A stretch of 64,000 nucleotides of DNA from an uncultured Planctomycetales bacterium (GTDB lineage: Bacteria > Omnitrophota > Gorgyraeia > Zapsychrales > JBDRMG01): assembly GCA_964478715.1 (NCBI GenBank), contig CAYZIY010000001.1, positions 149,196 through 213,195 on the forward strand, in the 5' to 3' direction. The translations under genes were made by a program, and so were the position numbers. How positions within the stretch are numbered: position 1 is the first letter of the stretch; every line of letters begins with the position of its first letter. Shown piece after piece: positions 8,834 through 18,263 of this stretch. The notes under the pieces were generated by a model. The model worked only from the letters and a program-made list of their open reading frames with translations, searched no databases and was not told the DNA's origin.

Positions 8834-10048
8834 ATGCCTACTTATCAATATAAAGCCAGAACGCAGGACGGGAAATCCATCCAGGGACTCATGGGAGCCG
8901 ACAGCGAACAGGCCGTGGCCTCTAAATTAGAAGCCATGGGGCATTTGCCGATCGATATCCGCCTGCTTAAGGAAAAAACTGAGGGGCCGTCATTTTTCGA
9001 CCGTTTTAAAAGAGTCAGCTTTGAGGATTTGAATCTTTTTACCCGTCAGCTGGCCACGCTCCAGCGGGCGGGCATTCCGCTTTTAACCAGTCTCGGGTCT
9101 CTTAAAGAGCAGGCCGCCAATTATCAGCTAAAAAAAACAATCGAGGTGATTATCCGGGATGTCGAAGGCGGTTCTTCCTTATCGGGGGCGCTTGAGCGTC
9201 ATCCCGTTGTTTTTTCTGCCCTTTATGTCAATATGGTGCGCTCCGGAGAAATGTCGGGGCAACTGCCTGAGGTCTTAAACCGTTTGGCGACTTTAGGAGA
9301 ACACGACGAGAAAATCCGGCGGCAGATCAGCGCGGCGATGCGCTATCCGGCCATTGTGGTCGCGGCTATGATTATCGGCTTTATGGTTCTCATTGTTTTT
9401 GTTATGCCGCGTTTTATCAACATCTACGGGCAATACAATACCGCTTTGCCTATGCCGACGCAGATTATGATTGGTCTTAGTGTCATCACAAAAGAATTTT
9501 GGTGGCTTCTGTTGGGGCTTTTGGCTATTGCTATTTTTCTTTTTAAAAGTTATAAAGAATCAACGTCAGGCCGGAAAGTAACCGACGAGATCAAGCTGAA
9601 GATTCCTGTTTTCGGTCCTTTGATGCATAAACTTTTGATGTCGCGGTTTTGCCGGGCCACAGGGACGCTTTTAAAAAGCGGCGTGCCGATTTTACAGATA
9701 CTGGAATTAAACAAGGCAGGCGCGGGCAATGTGAAATTGGGCGAGACCATTGATCAGGTGATTCAAAGCGTGAAAGAAGGGAAGGGCATGGCGGAGCCGA
9801 TGAAACAAAGCGGATGCTTCCCGGTCATCGTTACCCAGATGGTCTCTGTCGGTGAGGAGAGCGGCCGGCTGGATGAATTGATGATTTATGCCTCGGATTA
9901 TTATGATCTTCTGATTGATCACACCATTAAAAATCTGGTGTCCTTGATTGAGCCGCTTCTGATCTTTGTGCTGGGCATTGCCGTTTTGTTTATGGCCCTG
10001 GGCATTTTTATGCCGATGTGGAATTTGATGCAATTGTTTAAAAGATAA
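8834..10048 (+). CDS. PilC/GspF-family inner-membrane platform protein (copy 1)
   Basis: Two repeated T2SSF domains, three TM segments, ~400 aa typical size. Confidence 0.88.
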   Translation: MPTYQYKARTQDGKSIQGLMGADSEQAVASKLEAMGHLPIDIRLLKEKTEGPSFFDRFKRVSFEDLNLFTRQLATLQRAGIPLLTSLGSLKEQAANYQLKKTIEVIIRDVEGGSSLSGALERHPVVFSALYVNMVRSGEMSGQLPEVLNRLATLGEHDEKIRRQISAAMRYPAIVVAAMIIGFMVLIVFVMPRFINIYGQYNTALPMPTQIMIGLSVITKEFWWLLLGLLAIAIFLFKSYKESTSGRKVTDEIKLKIPVFGPLMHKLLMSRFCRATGTLLKSGVPILQILELNKAGAGNVKLGETIDQVIQSVKEGKGMAEPMKQSGCFPVIVTQMVSVGEESGRLDELMIYASDYYDLLIDHTIKNLVSLIEPLLIFVLGIAVLFMALGIFMPMWNLMQLFKR

Positions 10049-10066
10049 AGAAATCGGTTTTTGTGT

Positions 10067-10095
10067 TTGTCAAAGATTTTCGGCTTGAGTATAAT
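10067..10095 (+). promoter_or_regulatory. Near-consensus sigma70 promoter (TTGTCA-17-TATAAT) driving the major pilin gene
   Basis: ttgtca at 10067-10072, 17-nt spacer, tataat at 10090-10095; followed by RBS aggagg at 10121-10126 and ATG at 10136. Confidence 0.5.
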
Positions 10096-10135
10096 GAAAA
10101 GTAGTTCAACAAACAATATAAGGAGGAGGGACGGT

Positions 10136-10558
10136 ATGAAGAGAGGTCGAAGCGGTTTTACATTGATCGAAATCATCATGGTGATCATTATTCTGGGCAT
10201 TCTGGCGGCGGTGGCGATTCCGCGGTTTACGAACTTGCAGCAAAATGCCTTGGATGCTGCCGAGCAAGGTGTTGTAGGTGGTGTGCGGGCGGGGATCTCA
10301 ACTGTCAGAGCAAGCAATTTGGCCAATGGGGTCACGCCGGCGATACCGGCCACATTAGACGGTCTTGCAGCTGGAACAACATGCTCAACAGCAAATCCCT
10401 GTTTTACCAATGTTCTCGACCAGGGCGGTATTACCGACGGGAATTGGATTAAGGTGAATGACACAACTTATACATCTCAAACGGGAGCCAATCAAAGTAC
10501 TTATACTTATAATCCTGCGACAGGAACATTTTTGTGTACCGCGGGCTCTTGTCCGTAA
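10136..10558 (+). CDS. Type IV pilin (probable major pilin), prepilin peptidase-dependent
   Basis: MKRGRSG/FTLIEIIMVIIILGILAAVAIP class-III signal with G-1, F+1, E+5; 4 Cys in the C-terminal half (two disulfide loops); Thr/Ser-rich. The ORF-track start at 10061 includes the promoter; 10136 has a proper RBS. Confidence 0.85.
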   Translation: MKRGRSGFTLIEIIMVIIILGILAAVAIPRFTNLQQNALDAAEQGVVGGVRAGISTVRASNLANGVTPAIPATLDGLAAGTTCSTANPCFTNVLDQGGITDGNWIKVNDTTYTSQTGANQSTYTYNPATGTFLCTAGSCP

Positions 10559-10580
10559 AATGATCGATGAGGGTTGCTAG

Positions 10581-10618
10581 CCCCCCCCGCACCAATTCAT
10601 TGGTGCGGGGGTTTTTTT
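10581..10618 (+). terminator. Rho-independent terminator after the pilin gene
   Basis: GC-rich stem cccccgcacca / tggtgcggggg with a 6-nt loop, followed by ttttttt. Confidence 0.75.
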
Positions 10619-10664
10619 GATCTTAATATTGTGAAAGATTGATTTTCTTATTAGAATAGAGACA

Positions 10665-11501
10665 ATGAAAAGGCTACACTCTCCAAAAGGCTTGACGCTG
10701 ATTGCCTCTGTTATGCTTCTGGTTTTCGCCTCCATCATCATTCTTGGATTAAGCACATTTGTTATTCAGCGTCTTTCACTGGGCAATACCCGGCTGATTC
10801 AGACTCAGGCTTTTTACGATGCCCGGGCCGGTATTTATCAGTCACTTTATGATTACCGTCTGCGTCAGATGACCGGAGACGGATTCTTCCATTGGGGCCG
10901 CACGGATCTGGATTCCGATAATTTTTATTATATTGCCGGCGACTGGTCCAATATTTTGCTGGTCGATACCACCGAAAGCCGTCTTAATGGCGCGAAGAAT
11001 CTTGAGGGTTGGACTTTAAAGAATGTGACGGATTTCACTGGCTTGACAATCACCGGGATGACGGTAACCTGGCAGGGAGGATGTAAATCCTGCCGGCTTC
11101 GGCGTATTCGTTTTAAAAATAGAAATTTCTGGCAAAGCGGTCAGGGTGAGTATTCTCCGGTCAAGGCCGTATTCAAAAGACCTTTTTCATTAAGAGATCC
11201 CGATCTTGTGGAGCGCAATTCTTTGGAATTTACCGGCGATATGTCCGGGGCGAGAATCGAGGCTGAATTTCTGATGGGAGATAGCACAAGTAAAACCGTG
11301 ACTCTTTATCCGGCTGGCGTCAGTAAGCCGACATTTACGATTGTCTCAATGGGGCGCACGATTGCGTCGCCTTTGTTTCGCACGATGGAGGCCGTGTATA
11401 ATCCCCAAGAGGACCGGATCGTTGATCAGAGAGAAACCGAGGAATTATTGAAAATTCCTCAATCAGGGGAGATGCCTGGTGAGATTATTCAGAGACCCTA
11501 A
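10665..11501 (+). CDS. PilX-N-domain-like pilus assembly / minor pilin-associated protein
   Basis: N-terminal hydrophobic segment GLTLIASVMLLVFASIIILGL followed by QAFYDARAGI, resembling the PilX N-terminal domain. Confidence 0.55.
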   Translation: MKRLHSPKGLTLIASVMLLVFASIIILGLSTFVIQRLSLGNTRLIQTQAFYDARAGIYQSLYDYRLRQMTGDGFFHWGRTDLDSDNFYYIAGDWSNILLVDTTESRLNGAKNLEGWTLKNVTDFTGLTITGMTVTWQGGCKSCRLRRIRFKNRNFWQSGQGEYSPVKAVFKRPFSLRDPDLVERNSLEFTGDMSGARIEAEFLMGDSTSKTVTLYPAGVSKPTFTIVSMGRTIASPLFRTMEAVYNPQEDRIVDQRETEELLKIPQSGEMPGEIIQRP

Positions 11502-11883
11502 CAGCGGCTTTAGTTTAATCGAATTGATCATGACCATTGTGGTGGTCGGTGTGATCGCGGTTCCCCTCGCCCTTTTGATCGGTCAATACATCGATAGTGT
11601 TTTTGATTCCCATGAATATTTGATTACTATGAATCTGGCCCGCATGGAAATGGAGCGGGTTTACAATATGCCCTTTGACCGGGTTGTCTCAACGACCTTT
11701 CCTCAATATCAGGGTTACGCCTACGAGCTGGAGCGCCGGGTCACGGTTGTGCCAACCACGCTTCCGGTGCCCGCGGATTCATCGTTGAAAATCATTAAGG
11801 TTTTTGTGCGTCGGCCGCGTTCGGCTGAAACCATCCTCGGACTGTCCACCCGCCTAACGGGAGTCTTGGCCTATGGTCCGTAA
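11479..11883 (+). CDS. Minor (pseudo)pilin with prepilin-type N-terminal cleavage/methylation domain
   Basis: NSG/FSLIELIMTIVVVGVIAV with E+5. Confidence 0.75.
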   Translation: MRLFRDPNSGFSLIELIMTIVVVGVIAVPLALLIGQYIDSVFDSHEYLITMNLARMEMERVYNMPFDRVVSTTFPQYQGYAYELERRVTVVPTTLPVPADSSLKIIKVFVRRPRSAETILGLSTRLTGVLAYGP

Positions 11884-12433
11884 AAAGGCGGCCGGTTTTA
11901 CTTTAATAGAGGCCATTATGGTGATGATCATCATCGCTGTTTTGGTCGGAGGTGGTGTTGTTTTCTTAACCGGTTTTGTGCAAAACACCTTGTTTGTTTC
12001 CCATCAGCTGAGCACGGATCTTTTGGCGTCGGATTGTATGGAAATAATGATCGAAGGCGACAGTCAAGCCAAGGGATTGCGGTTTTCCCGCTCTATTTCC
12101 TGGGCCAGAGATCATATGCTTTCTTTTATTAATCAAGACGGAGACAGAGTGATCTACATCTATTCTCCCTTTAACGGAAGGATTTACCGGTGGACGCCCT
12201 ATGTTTACGGTATCATTCCGTCTTATAATAACGCAAGTTCGCCCGTGACGATTCTTGTAAATAATGATAAACTATTTACTTACTATGATGAAAATGAGCA
12301 GATTACAAGCGATCCTCTGCGTATTCGGGCTGTCAAAATCGAATTTATTGCCCAAACCGGTTCTGGAGATTACGCGCAGGGGCAGGGACAAACGCATTTG
12401 ACTTCGGCGGTGGCCGTCAAAAGACTCGAATGA
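11873..12433 (+). CDS. Minor (pseudo)pilin with prepilin-type N-terminal domain
   Basis: AAG/FTLIEAIMVMIIIAVLVGG with E+5. Confidence 0.75.
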   Translation: MVRKKAAGFTLIEAIMVMIIIAVLVGGGVVFLTGFVQNTLFVSHQLSTDLLASDCMEIMIEGDSQAKGLRFSRSISWARDHMLSFINQDGDRVIYIYSPFNGRIYRWTPYVYGIIPSYNNASSPVTILVNNDKLFTYYDENEQITSDPLRIRAVKIEFIAQTGSGDYAQGQGQTHLTSAVAVKRLE

Positions 12434-14076
12434 TTCAAATAGAGACTATTCAACAAAAAATCTTGGAACTTAAAGATTCCCTCATCCGGGATTCGGGCCA
12501 GGTACTGGTGATCGATTTCAATGAGCTGTCGATCGAGATTGCCTGGTGCGCGACAGCCCCTGGCGCGTTATCGCTGTTGGCTTTTGATGAGGCCGAAATC
12601 GGCCAGAATCAGAAACAGAATGTGCCCAGTTTCATCAGCCAGTTTATCGAACGTCATCAGATCGATGAGAAAAATATCCTGATTACAATCAGTGACAGCG
12701 CCAGTTTTCATTTGAAACAGCTCAGTCTTCCGCTTTTGCCCGAACGGGAAATTACTAAAGCGGCCAAATGGCAGCTTAAAGATGAGGTTACCTTTGATCT
12801 CGAGGATGCGGTTCTCGCCTGGCAGCCGATTCGGGTGTTTAGCGATGAAAAAGGAGCCAAACGTCAGGATCTGACCTTTATCCTTGTTCAAAAGAAAATC
12901 ATTCAGCAATATATTTCTTGTGTGCTCGACTGCGGGCTGAATCCGCTTTCGATCAGCAACAGTTGTTTTGATTTTTCTTATCTTCTCGGTGAGCTGCCCC
13001 ACGCGGCAGCCAACTGTGCCATTCTCAATATTGAGAAAAATGATTCGCTTTTGACGTTTTATCTAGATCACAAAGTGTGCTTTATGCGGCGTTTACCGAT
13101 TTCAACCGAGAAAATGATTCGCGCTTTGATGGGAACGCTGGTTTCCGAAAAAGGAAAAATTTCCCTAACCCGCACCCAGGCCGATGATATCTTAGAGGCA
13201 ATGGGAATTCCGCTCTCAGAGTACGGGCCGGTCACCGCAGGGCTTGACTCCTCGCGGTTCATGTCTTTGATGCGCCCTTTGCTTGAGGCTTTGACGCGGG
13301 AGGTTAAGTTTTCTTTTGAATATTTCTCGTCCCGCTTTCAGATGAAGAAAATTGATCAGCTTTATGTGACCGGTCGCGGGGCGAGTGTCAAGAATCTTGA
13401 TCATTATATCGAGAAGGAATTATCCCTAACGGTTGACCGGCTGGGTTTGCCGAGCTCTCTGAAACTGGAATCGGAGGGAAAGCCGTGGAGTTTAAAGAAG
13501 CAGAATCAGATGACCAAGGTGATCAGCGCGGTGCTTTCGCGGGGCCGGGCTGTAAATTTACTGCCGCGAGAGCAGAGGTTAAAAAGAACAAAAGATATCC
13601 AGAAGATCGTTTTGCGGCTGATGGCAATCTCTTCTACGGCTATTTTTTTGATGATGTTTTTCATGATCCGGATTCAGATACGGGATTATCAAAACAGGGT
13701 CAAGATGGCGGAAATGCATTTGAAAACCGTCGGCCGAATCAATGATTTAACCAAGGATATCTTCGCTAAACAGCAGTTGATAGAGTTGATCCGAGGGCCG
13801 ACCGTCCCTGCCGAGGGGGTTCTTCGGGCTTTAAGCGATCTGACTCCGGCTGAAATTATTCTTAGGGAAATCGATCTTGATCAAAACAGCCAGATGCTTC
13901 GCATTAAGGGTGTGATAACCAGCAGCGATGAGCAGGCGCAGGGGATCTTGTTCAACTTTATTCGCGGCCTTGAGGAATCGCTGTTTTTTATTGAGGCGAG
14001 TTTGACTTCAGCTCAAAGAACAGGACTGGTGCAGGAATTTGAAATCAGTTGTGATTTAATTTCCCGAATGCCATGA
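12430..14076 (+). CDS. PilM-like actin-fold cytoplasmic domain fused to a TM segment and PilN-like periplasmic domain (GspL-like architecture)
   Basis: PilM signature region LPLLPEREITKAAKWQLKDEVTFDLEDAVLAWQPI; TM helix IVLRLMAISSTAIFLMMFFMI at about residue 395; periplasmic C-terminal domain. Confidence 0.7.
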   Translation: MIQIETIQQKILELKDSLIRDSGQVLVIDFNELSIEIAWCATAPGALSLLAFDEAEIGQNQKQNVPSFISQFIERHQIDEKNILITISDSASFHLKQLSLPLLPEREITKAAKWQLKDEVTFDLEDAVLAWQPIRVFSDEKGAKRQDLTFILVQKKIIQQYISCVLDCGLNPLSISNSCFDFSYLLGELPHAAANCAILNIEKNDSLLTFYLDHKVCFMRRLPISTEKMIRALMGTLVSEKGKISLTRTQADDILEAMGIPLSEYGPVTAGLDSSRFMSLMRPLLEALTREVKFSFEYFSSRFQMKKIDQLYVTGRGASVKNLDHYIEKELSLTVDRLGLPSSLKLESEGKPWSLKKQNQMTKVISAVLSRGRAVNLLPREQRLKRTKDIQKIVLRLMAISSTAIFLMMFFMIRIQIRDYQNRVKMAEMHLKTVGRINDLTKDIFAKQQLIELIRGPTVPAEGVLRALSDLTPAEIILREIDLDQNSQMLRIKGVITSSDEQAQGILFNFIRGLEESLFFIEASLTSAQRTGLVQEFEISCDLISRMP

Positions 14077-14654
14077 GAGAATTGATCGATACACAAAAGA
14101 AAATAGGGATAAGCATAGCGGTGCTCGTTTTGGTTCTTTTATGCGCGTGGCTGTTTCTCTATCGACCCACAGCCAGTAAGCTTAAAGAACTGAAAACACG
14201 GTTTCATGATATTGAAGCGGCTATCCGTCAGATCGAATCGATCGCTTCGCGCGGAAAAGACTTAAAAGACAGCATAATGGATCTGGAGGAAACCCGCAGC
14301 CGGCTTAAGCAGAAGTTTCCGGCAAAAGAAGAGGAGAGCCTCAGGATTCTTTCGCAATTGGCGCGCGATAATGATATTGAGGTGATCCGTTTCAAGCCGC
14401 AGAGCAAGAAGCTGTTTAGATCCGCCGGAGACAGACAAGGGGATGCTGTCATTGAGGGCAAGACATGCCGTCAGCTGTCTGTGGTTTTGGAACTGCGTTC
14501 GACCTATCATGATCTGCTTCATTATATCGATGCGCTTAAAAGTTCCGGGGCGGCTTTTTTTGTGGTCCGAAAAATGGAATTGCGCAAAAACTATACGGAC
14601 AGCCGATTGCTGAGTGTCGGATGCACCATCGATTTTTATTACTTATCCTCATGA
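14073..14654 (+). CDS. PilO/GspM-like bitopic inner-membrane pilus assembly protein
   Basis: Short cytoplasmic N-terminus, one TM (ISIAVLVLVLLCAWLFL), coiled-coil then periplasmic domain; position after the PilM-N fusion. Confidence 0.6.
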   Translation: MRELIDTQKKIGISIAVLVLVLLCAWLFLYRPTASKLKELKTRFHDIEAAIRQIESIASRGKDLKDSIMDLEETRSRLKQKFPAKEEESLRILSQLARDNDIEVIRFKPQSKKLFRSAGDRQGDAVIEGKTCRQLSVVLELRSTYHDLLHYIDALKSSGAAFFVVRKMELRKNYTDSRLLSVGCTIDFYYLSS

Positions 14655-15076
14655 AAATGACAAAAGAGAAAATTCAATATATTGCGACGGGTATTTTGTT
14701 TGTGATTCTTGTTGTGGCAATTTTCTCAGCCGTTAGATCGACAAAAAAATCCAGAACCACAAAACCTGTCGCAGGCTTTGCTTCTCAGGGCGGGACTTCC
14801 GGCGGCAGCGAAGCGAATTTCTATCAACAACTCCTCAAAGAATCTAAGACGTATAGTGCCCAGCGTGATCCTTTTTCCCGGCAATTGAGGCCGTCTGCCA
14901 AAGGGCTCTCTTTAAATGGAATTGCCTGGGATCAGAAAAATCCCACCGCCATCGTCAATAATGAGATCGTCCAGATCGGAAGCGAGATTTCCGGTTACAT
15001 AGTGGAAGATATCCTCAAAGACCGGGTGATTCTCACCTCCGAAGAACAGACGATCGAATTAATGCTGCAGCTGTAA
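14621..15076 (+). CDS. PilP/GspC-like protein
   Basis: One TM, Gly/Ser linker, C-terminal beta domain (IVNNEIVQIGSEISGYIVEDILKDRVILTSEEQTIEL) typical of PilP. The true start may be the internal Met at 14651. Confidence 0.6.
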   Translation: MHHRFLLLILMKMTKEKIQYIATGILFVILVVAIFSAVRSTKKSRTTKPVAGFASQGGTSGGSEANFYQQLLKESKTYSAQRDPFSRQLRPSAKGLSLNGIAWDQKNPTAIVNNEIVQIGSEISGYIVEDILKDRVILTSEEQTIELMLQL

Positions 15077-15152
15077 TTTTCTAAAAAAATTCCCAAACGG
15101 ATTATTTAAAAAGTACTTTTTAAAACAAAAAGGAAAATACCCCGATCACGGC

Positions 15153-15181
15153 TTGACACGGTAGATAGGTTAACATATATT
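15153..15181 (+). promoter_or_regulatory. Near-consensus sigma70 promoter (TTGACA-17-TATATT) heading the MerR-like / ParA / PilMNOP-secretin gene string
   Basis: ttgaca at 15153-15158, 17-nt spacer, tatatt at 15176-15181, inside a 180-bp AT-rich intergenic gap. Confidence 0.5.
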
Positions 15182-15255
15182 AAGACTAGATAATTAAAGA
15201 TAACATACAACAATAGAACAGAATACTTGATAATAAGTATTAATGAGTATGGGGT

Positions 15256-15525
15256 TTGACATTAGAAAGAAGCTATATGAAGAATTTAGGAACAGTCGAG
15301 GACATCGCCAAGCAGTTTGATATTTCAAAAGCGACCGTCAATTATTACACCAATATCGGACTGATTGTTGTGGCCCGCAAAAAGGGCAATAAACGGCTTT
15401 ATGATCGGGCCGAGGTGGACAAAAGAATCAATAAAATCAGAGAGATGATGAATAGGGGCTATACCCTGCGGCTCATTCAAAGAGAATTTGCGCTTTCCAA
15501 GGAATTCAATCCGATGAATTCATGA
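15256..15525 (+). CDS. Small MerR-type HTH DNA-binding protein
   Basis: VEDIAKQFDISKATVNYYTNIGLI...KGNKRLYD resembles a MerR-family HTH; lacks a long effector domain. Confidence 0.5.
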   Translation: MTLERSYMKNLGTVEDIAKQFDISKATVNYYTNIGLIVVARKKGNKRLYDRAEVDKRINKIREMMNRGYTLRLIQREFALSKEFNPMNS

Positions 15526-15535
15526 GGAGAAGCTT

Positions 15536-16384
15536 ATGAACAATGCATATATAGAGAAGAGACCCGTCAGTATTGCCATCGTCAACCAAAAGGGAGGATG
15601 CGGCAAGACAACGACTGCTATCAACCTGGCTTCCTGTCTGGCGCTTTCGGGCTATCAGACGCTTTTAATCGATACGGATCCGCAGGCCCAGGCCACGTTA
15701 GGCTTAGGGGTTGAGCTTCATGAGGAGTGTCTCACCCTTTATGATGCGCTCACCAAAGGCGTTCCCTTAGAAAAGATTGTGCGCTTAAGCTCTGTTATGC
15801 GCCTGGATTTGATCGGTGCCAATTCTCTTTTAGCCGGGGCGCAATTGGATATTGCCTCGAGCTTAGGGAGGGAAGCGATTCTTAGAAGCGCGTTTGACAA
15901 ACTGGCTCTTTGCGGAAAGTATGATTACGTGATTATGGACTGCCCGCCGACACTGAATCTTGTTACCGTCAATGTGTTGGCGGCTTCACAGTATGTCTTG
16001 ATTCCTTTTCAAACGCATTATTTTGCCCTGCAGGGTATCAAGGAATTGTTTCACACCATTGATACCGTCAGGGAGAGGCTCAATCCTCAGCTGGATATTT
16101 TGGGAATTCTGGTGACCCTTTTTGATCAGCGCAATAAAGTGAATCACGAGATTCTTCGGCAAATGAACGAGTATTTTAAGGAAAAGATGTTCCGGGCTAA
16201 AATCCGCAACAATGTCAAACTCTGCGAGGCTCCGATGCACCAAAAGCCGATTCATCTTTATGCGGCGCAGTCGAAAGGCGCTGCCGATTATTGGGAATTG
16301 ACCCGGGAAGTGATCGAGCGGACACAAAGACGAAAAGATCATCATGTCATCGAGCCAGTGGTGCATTATGGTTCCAGCGAATAA
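15536..16384 (+). CDS. ParA/MinD-family P-loop ATPase (CpaE/TadZ-like pilus localisation factor candidate)
   Basis: Deviant Walker A KGGCGKTTTAINLA, Walker A' and B (IDTDPQ, VIMDCPP). Confidence 0.85.
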   Translation: MNNAYIEKRPVSIAIVNQKGGCGKTTTAINLASCLALSGYQTLLIDTDPQAQATLGLGVELHEECLTLYDALTKGVPLEKIVRLSSVMRLDLIGANSLLAGAQLDIASSLGREAILRSAFDKLALCGKYDYVIMDCPPTLNLVTVNVLAASQYVLIPFQTHYFALQGIKELFHTIDTVRERLNPQLDILGILVTLFDQRNKVNHEILRQMNEYFKEKMFRAKIRNNVKLCEAPMHQKPIHLYAAQSKGAADYWELTREVIERTQRRKDHHVIEPVVHYGSSE

Positions 16385-17657
16385 AAATTCTGATTCCCAT
16401 CAGCCGGACGTTGAAAAACTTGACACCAATGTCGTTCAGTCTATTTTTGGGAAAAAGGAGAAACGCAAAAAGACATCCAGCCTTTTCGGCAGTACGTCTC
16501 AAGCACCCCAGACTGAATCTCAGAAAGATGTTGTCAAAAACACGAGAAAGATCCGATCTGCTGGTCAAGGTTTTCTTCCGGTGGGGGTGGATGTCGGCTC
16601 CAGCAGCATTAAAATCGCCCAGCTGGAAAACAAGGGCAGGCATCTGGCTATTTCCAAGCTGATTGTGGAAGAGCTGCCTCTGGAATTGGTGGAAAACCCG
16701 GCGCAAAGAGACAAGCAGTTACCCGGGATTCTTAAAAATCTCTGCAATACCTATCAGCTCCAGGGAAACGCCTATGCGGCGCTCTCAACAGAATCGGTGA
16801 TGATGAAAAATATCGCCTTGCCGCAGATGCCGCCGGCCGAATTGGAGGAGGCCCTGCGCTGGGAAGTCCGTCAAATGGCGAAGGACGATTTGGACAATAT
16901 CAGTTATGATTTTGTTGTATTAAACGAAGAACGCTCCTTTAGAGAAGAGAAAATACAGATCCTTCTGATTGCGATTCAGCATGAGGATATTTGGAAATAT
17001 ATGGACATGATGGAATTCGCAGGATTAAAACCTCTGGCGATTGAAACCGAGAGTTTTTCATTGGCCGCCGGTTTGTATTTCAATCAGATCGCCAGAAAAG
17101 GAGAGGTTGTTATCGCTTTAGATTTGGGCGCCGGAGCGGTCAAGCTCAATATCTTAAAAGACGGTAATCTTCAGTACACGCGGGTGTTGAATATTTCTGG
17201 CAATTCCCTGACGCAGACGATAAGGGACTATTGCCATGTCTCATTTACAGAAGCTGAGCGTCTCAAAAGAAAATACGGTTTCTCCAGTTTAACGCAATGC
17301 GATCAAGAGGATCAGAAGCATTATCCGCGGGATATTCCGCTTCAGGTGCGCAATGCGATCACGCTTCCCTTTGAGAAACTGGTGTCCGATATTGAGCATA
17401 CGTTTAAATATTATTCGTATCAATTGACCAAATCCCGGATCACAAACTATGACAAAATAATTTTAAGCGGCGGATCGGCCGGGTTCCCGTCGCTGGTTCC
17501 CATGATTTACGAACGGCTGCATGTGCCGGTGGAAACCGACAATCCTCTGGTGAAATTTCAGATCGCCAAAGAGGCTCTGATTGATCAGGAGAATCTGGAG
17601 AGGTCTTTTCCGCGCTTTGGGGTTGTGCTGGGATTGGCTCTGCGGGGAGCACAGTGA
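16344..17657 (+). CDS. pilM: Type IV pilus assembly protein PilM (actin-like ATPase fold) with N-terminal extension
   Basis: VGVDVGSSSIKIAQL start of the PilM domain; ALPQMPPAELEEALRWEVRQ signature; C-terminal LSGGSAGFPSL. Confidence 0.85.
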   Translation: MSSSQWCIMVPANKNSDSHQPDVEKLDTNVVQSIFGKKEKRKKTSSLFGSTSQAPQTESQKDVVKNTRKIRSAGQGFLPVGVDVGSSSIKIAQLENKGRHLAISKLIVEELPLELVENPAQRDKQLPGILKNLCNTYQLQGNAYAALSTESVMMKNIALPQMPPAELEEALRWEVRQMAKDDLDNISYDFVVLNEERSFREEKIQILLIAIQHEDIWKYMDMMEFAGLKPLAIETESFSLAAGLYFNQIARKGEVVIALDLGAGAVKLNILKDGNLQYTRVLNISGNSLTQTIRDYCHVSFTEAERLKRKYGFSSLTQCDQEDQKHYPRDIPLQVRNAITLPFEKLVSDIEHTFKYYSYQLTKSRITNYDKIILSGGSAGFPSLVPMIYERLHVPVETDNPLVKFQIAKEALIDQENLERSFPRFGVVLGLALRGAQ

Positions 17658-17666
17658 AAGGCAAGA

Positions 17667-18251
17667 ATGAAACGGATTGATTTGATTCCTAAGAAAAACA
17701 GGATAAAAAAAACAACTGCGAGCAGATCAAGCCGAGTAATCATTTTTTTGATATTGGCGATTATTGTTTCTTTTATCTGGCAGAAAACGGCGATCATACG
17801 TTATCAATACAGTATCGATAAGGCCAAGCAGGAAATCCAGACACTAAAAAAGATGCAGCGGGATAATGAAAAACTCTTTTCCTTGCTTTCGCAGCAAAGA
17901 GAGAATGTCAATCAAGAGCGGGCGCAGATCGCCCAGCGGCTGGATATTCTCCAGCAGTCGCGCAGAAAAGGTATCGCCTGGTCGAAGGTCTTGGTTGAGA
18001 TCAGTGCTATTGTGTCGAAGCGGGTTCAGCTGAAGGAACTTCAGCTTTCGGAAGAGGAAATACTTCTTAAAGGGATGGCGCAAGATCAGGAAGATGTCAG
18101 CACGCTGATGCTTTTATTGGATCAATCGGACATTTTTGCGGAAACCGGATTTCGTTTCATGCAGTCTGTCAAAAAAGAAGAAAATAAAATGCCCCAGACG
18201 GAATTTGAAGTGACGACTCAAGTTAGCCGAAGAGCATGGCAAGAAAAATAG
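17667..18251 (+). CDS. pilN: PilN-like fimbrial assembly protein
   Basis: IDLIPKK N-terminus, single TM, coiled-coil and periplasmic domain; follows pilM. Confidence 0.75.
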   Translation: MKRIDLIPKKNRIKKTTASRSSRVIIFLILAIIVSFIWQKTAIIRYQYSIDKAKQEIQTLKKMQRDNEKLFSLLSQQRENVNQERAQIAQRLDILQQSRRKGIAWSKVLVEISAIVSKRVQLKELQLSEEEILLKGMAQDQEDVSTLMLLLDQSDIFAETGFRFMQSVKKEENKMPQTEFEVTTQVSRRAWQEK

Positions 18252-18263
18252 GACATTAATCAC

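Noticed and set aside
10061-10135. ORF-track start of the pilin gene at 10061 (MCLSKIFGLSIMK...)
   Set aside because: That extension contains the -10 element and has no RBS. The Met at 10136 has an AGGAGG RBS and yields a canonical prepilin leader.
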